Shown here: positions 36,040 to 36,923 of the stretch, one piece after another
Position numbering within the stretch: position 1 is the first letter of the stretch
Layout of the letters: every line of letters begins with the position of its first letter
Source of the DNA: Nitrospirota bacterium
GTDB lineage: Bacteria > Nitrospirota > Thermodesulfovibrionia > Thermodesulfovibrionales > SM23-35
Reading direction: 5' to 3'
Length of the DNA stretch: 36,923 bases
Assembly (NCBI GenBank): GCA_040753575.1
Contig: JBFMEC010000004.1
Span: 1-36,923 of the forward strand
Notes under the pieces: generated by a model
The model's input: only the letters and a program-made list of their open reading frames with translations
Databases searched by the model: none
Told to the model about the DNA's origin: nothing
Program-made: the position numbers and the translations under genes

Positions 36040-36194
36040 TATATTTTCCTCCACCTGCCTGATTTTATTCGACTTTCTTTTTGTCCCTCTATAAATCTTT
36101 CCTCTGCATCTTCAAAGATCTTTTTAGGGAGTTCATAATCTATTTTTCTTAAGGCAGTTTTTGTTTTAAGATGTTTTGAATATTTGATTTGCAT
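36039..36194 (-). pseudogene. Short (51-aa) DUF4258/RelE-like toxin partner, apparently internally deleted; absent from the ORF track
   Basis: MQIKYSKHLKTKTALRKIDYELPKKIFEDAEERFIEGQKESRIKSGRWRKI, preceded by GAGAAGG and coupled to DUF2283. Confidence 0.6.
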
Positions 36195-36272
36195 AGTTAA
36201 CCTTCTCTTACCTCATCGTTTTCGGCTATTTTGTCTTTTCTGGAAATAAGGCTTAGGGATTTTTTTATGGAC

Positions 36273-36326
36273 TTATTTAACCACATGGCCTAATTATATG
36301 TCTATTAATTTGGATCAATTAGGGAG
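36273..36326. repeat. 54-bp junction repeat, copy 3
   Basis: Two mismatches to copies 1 and 2; abuts the stop codon of the radical SAM gene. Confidence 0.93.
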
Positions 36327-36327
36327 T

Positions 36328-36923
36328 TCAGGGCAAATTGTGTTCGTAAGCAGAAGGCGGCTTGATATTATATTCTTTATCCAGGCTATAAGCCATAATT
36401 ACGGCTTTGTCTATTTCCTCATAAGGAAAGTCACGTGTACCTAATATAAGATGTGGGGCCTTATCATCGAATTTGAGAGCAAAGTCATGGCTTTTTTCGT
36501 AAAGGACAGTACCGGGAAGGACATGAAGGATACTGAAAATGATTGTTGCAGGCCCTATGTCTATTAATGTTTTGATGGATTTTACAAACTTGAAAAAATT
36601 ATCTCCGGGCAGACCGATAATCAAATCAGTAATCATTTCTATACCATTCTCCCTTAAAAGCCTTGCCGCCCTTCTAAACTTTTCCTCATTGTAATAGCGA
36701 TTAACATTTTTTAACGTCTCTTTATTTACGGTCTGCGGGCCGGTCTCCACACTTTTAACATTAGCTTTCTTGAAAAGGGCTACTGTCTCTTCATCGACAA
36801 ATTCTGCAATGATCTCGATTGTGCGTAGTTCAGTTCCAAAACGGTTAGACCGGGAAATCATTTCTACTATCTTTTGCATTCTCTCCTTTCTAAAGTTGAA
36901 GATAGTGTCAACGAAGTGGAAAC
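36328..36923 (-). CDS. Radical SAM protein, C-terminal part (5'-truncated by the window edge)
   Basis: Frame stays open to the window end (FHFVDTIFN); VETGPQT...L..V.R, DLIIGLPGD and L.VLPGT.L motifs. Confidence 0.85.
   Translation of the reverse strand, partial: FHFVDTIFNFRKERMQKIVEMISRSNRFGTELRTIEIIAEFVDEETVALFKKANVKSVETGPQTVNKETLKNVNRYYNEEKFRRAARLLRENGIEMITDLIIGLPGDNFFKFVKSIKTLIDIGPATIIFSILHVLPGTVLYEKSHDFALKFDDKAPHLILGTRDFPYEEIDKAVIMAYSLDKEYNIKPPSAYEHNLP

Noticed and set aside
34668-36326. 54-bp repeats as a CRISPR array associated with the Cas4-like gene
   Set aside because: The intervals are about 0.5-1 kb and contain genes; there are no cas1/cas2 genes and no spacer-sized units.

Overview
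A bacterial chromosomal window; the gene content suggests an anaerobic Nitrospirota/deltaproteobacteria-like organism, which is an inference only. It has three parts. (1) 1-21578 is mostly housekeeping backbone: the 3' end of a group II intron, DUF3108, pcm, a spermidine-synthase-like membrane protein, a UbiA prenyltransferase, tRNA-Val/tRNA-Asp, EamA, an HD-GYP plus HEAT-repeat pair, a DUF1460-like amidase, a CoA-dehydratase activase and an acyl-CoA synthetase/ACP/acyltransferase fusion. (2) A ~2.9 kb integrase-less islet (6223-9124) is bounded by a duplicated tRNA-Asp 3' half. It carries a B12/radical SAM gene with an apparent ATC start and a secreted protein behind a putative c-di-GMP-I riboswitch. 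(3) A ~14.7 kb, entirely minus-strand defence island (about 21589-36333) holds TA modules, an RNase J-like MBL nuclease, a type IIG R-M gene, two stand-alone RadC-N genes, three copies of a 54-bp palindromic junction repeat and several gene remnants. The standout is a tightly coupled five-gene operon: XRE regulator - Cas4-like PD-(D/E)XK nuclease - catalytically intact long prokaryotic Argonaute - small helical unknown protein - HEXXH zinc metallopeptidase-like protein. This looks like an extended, possibly undescribed pAgo system.
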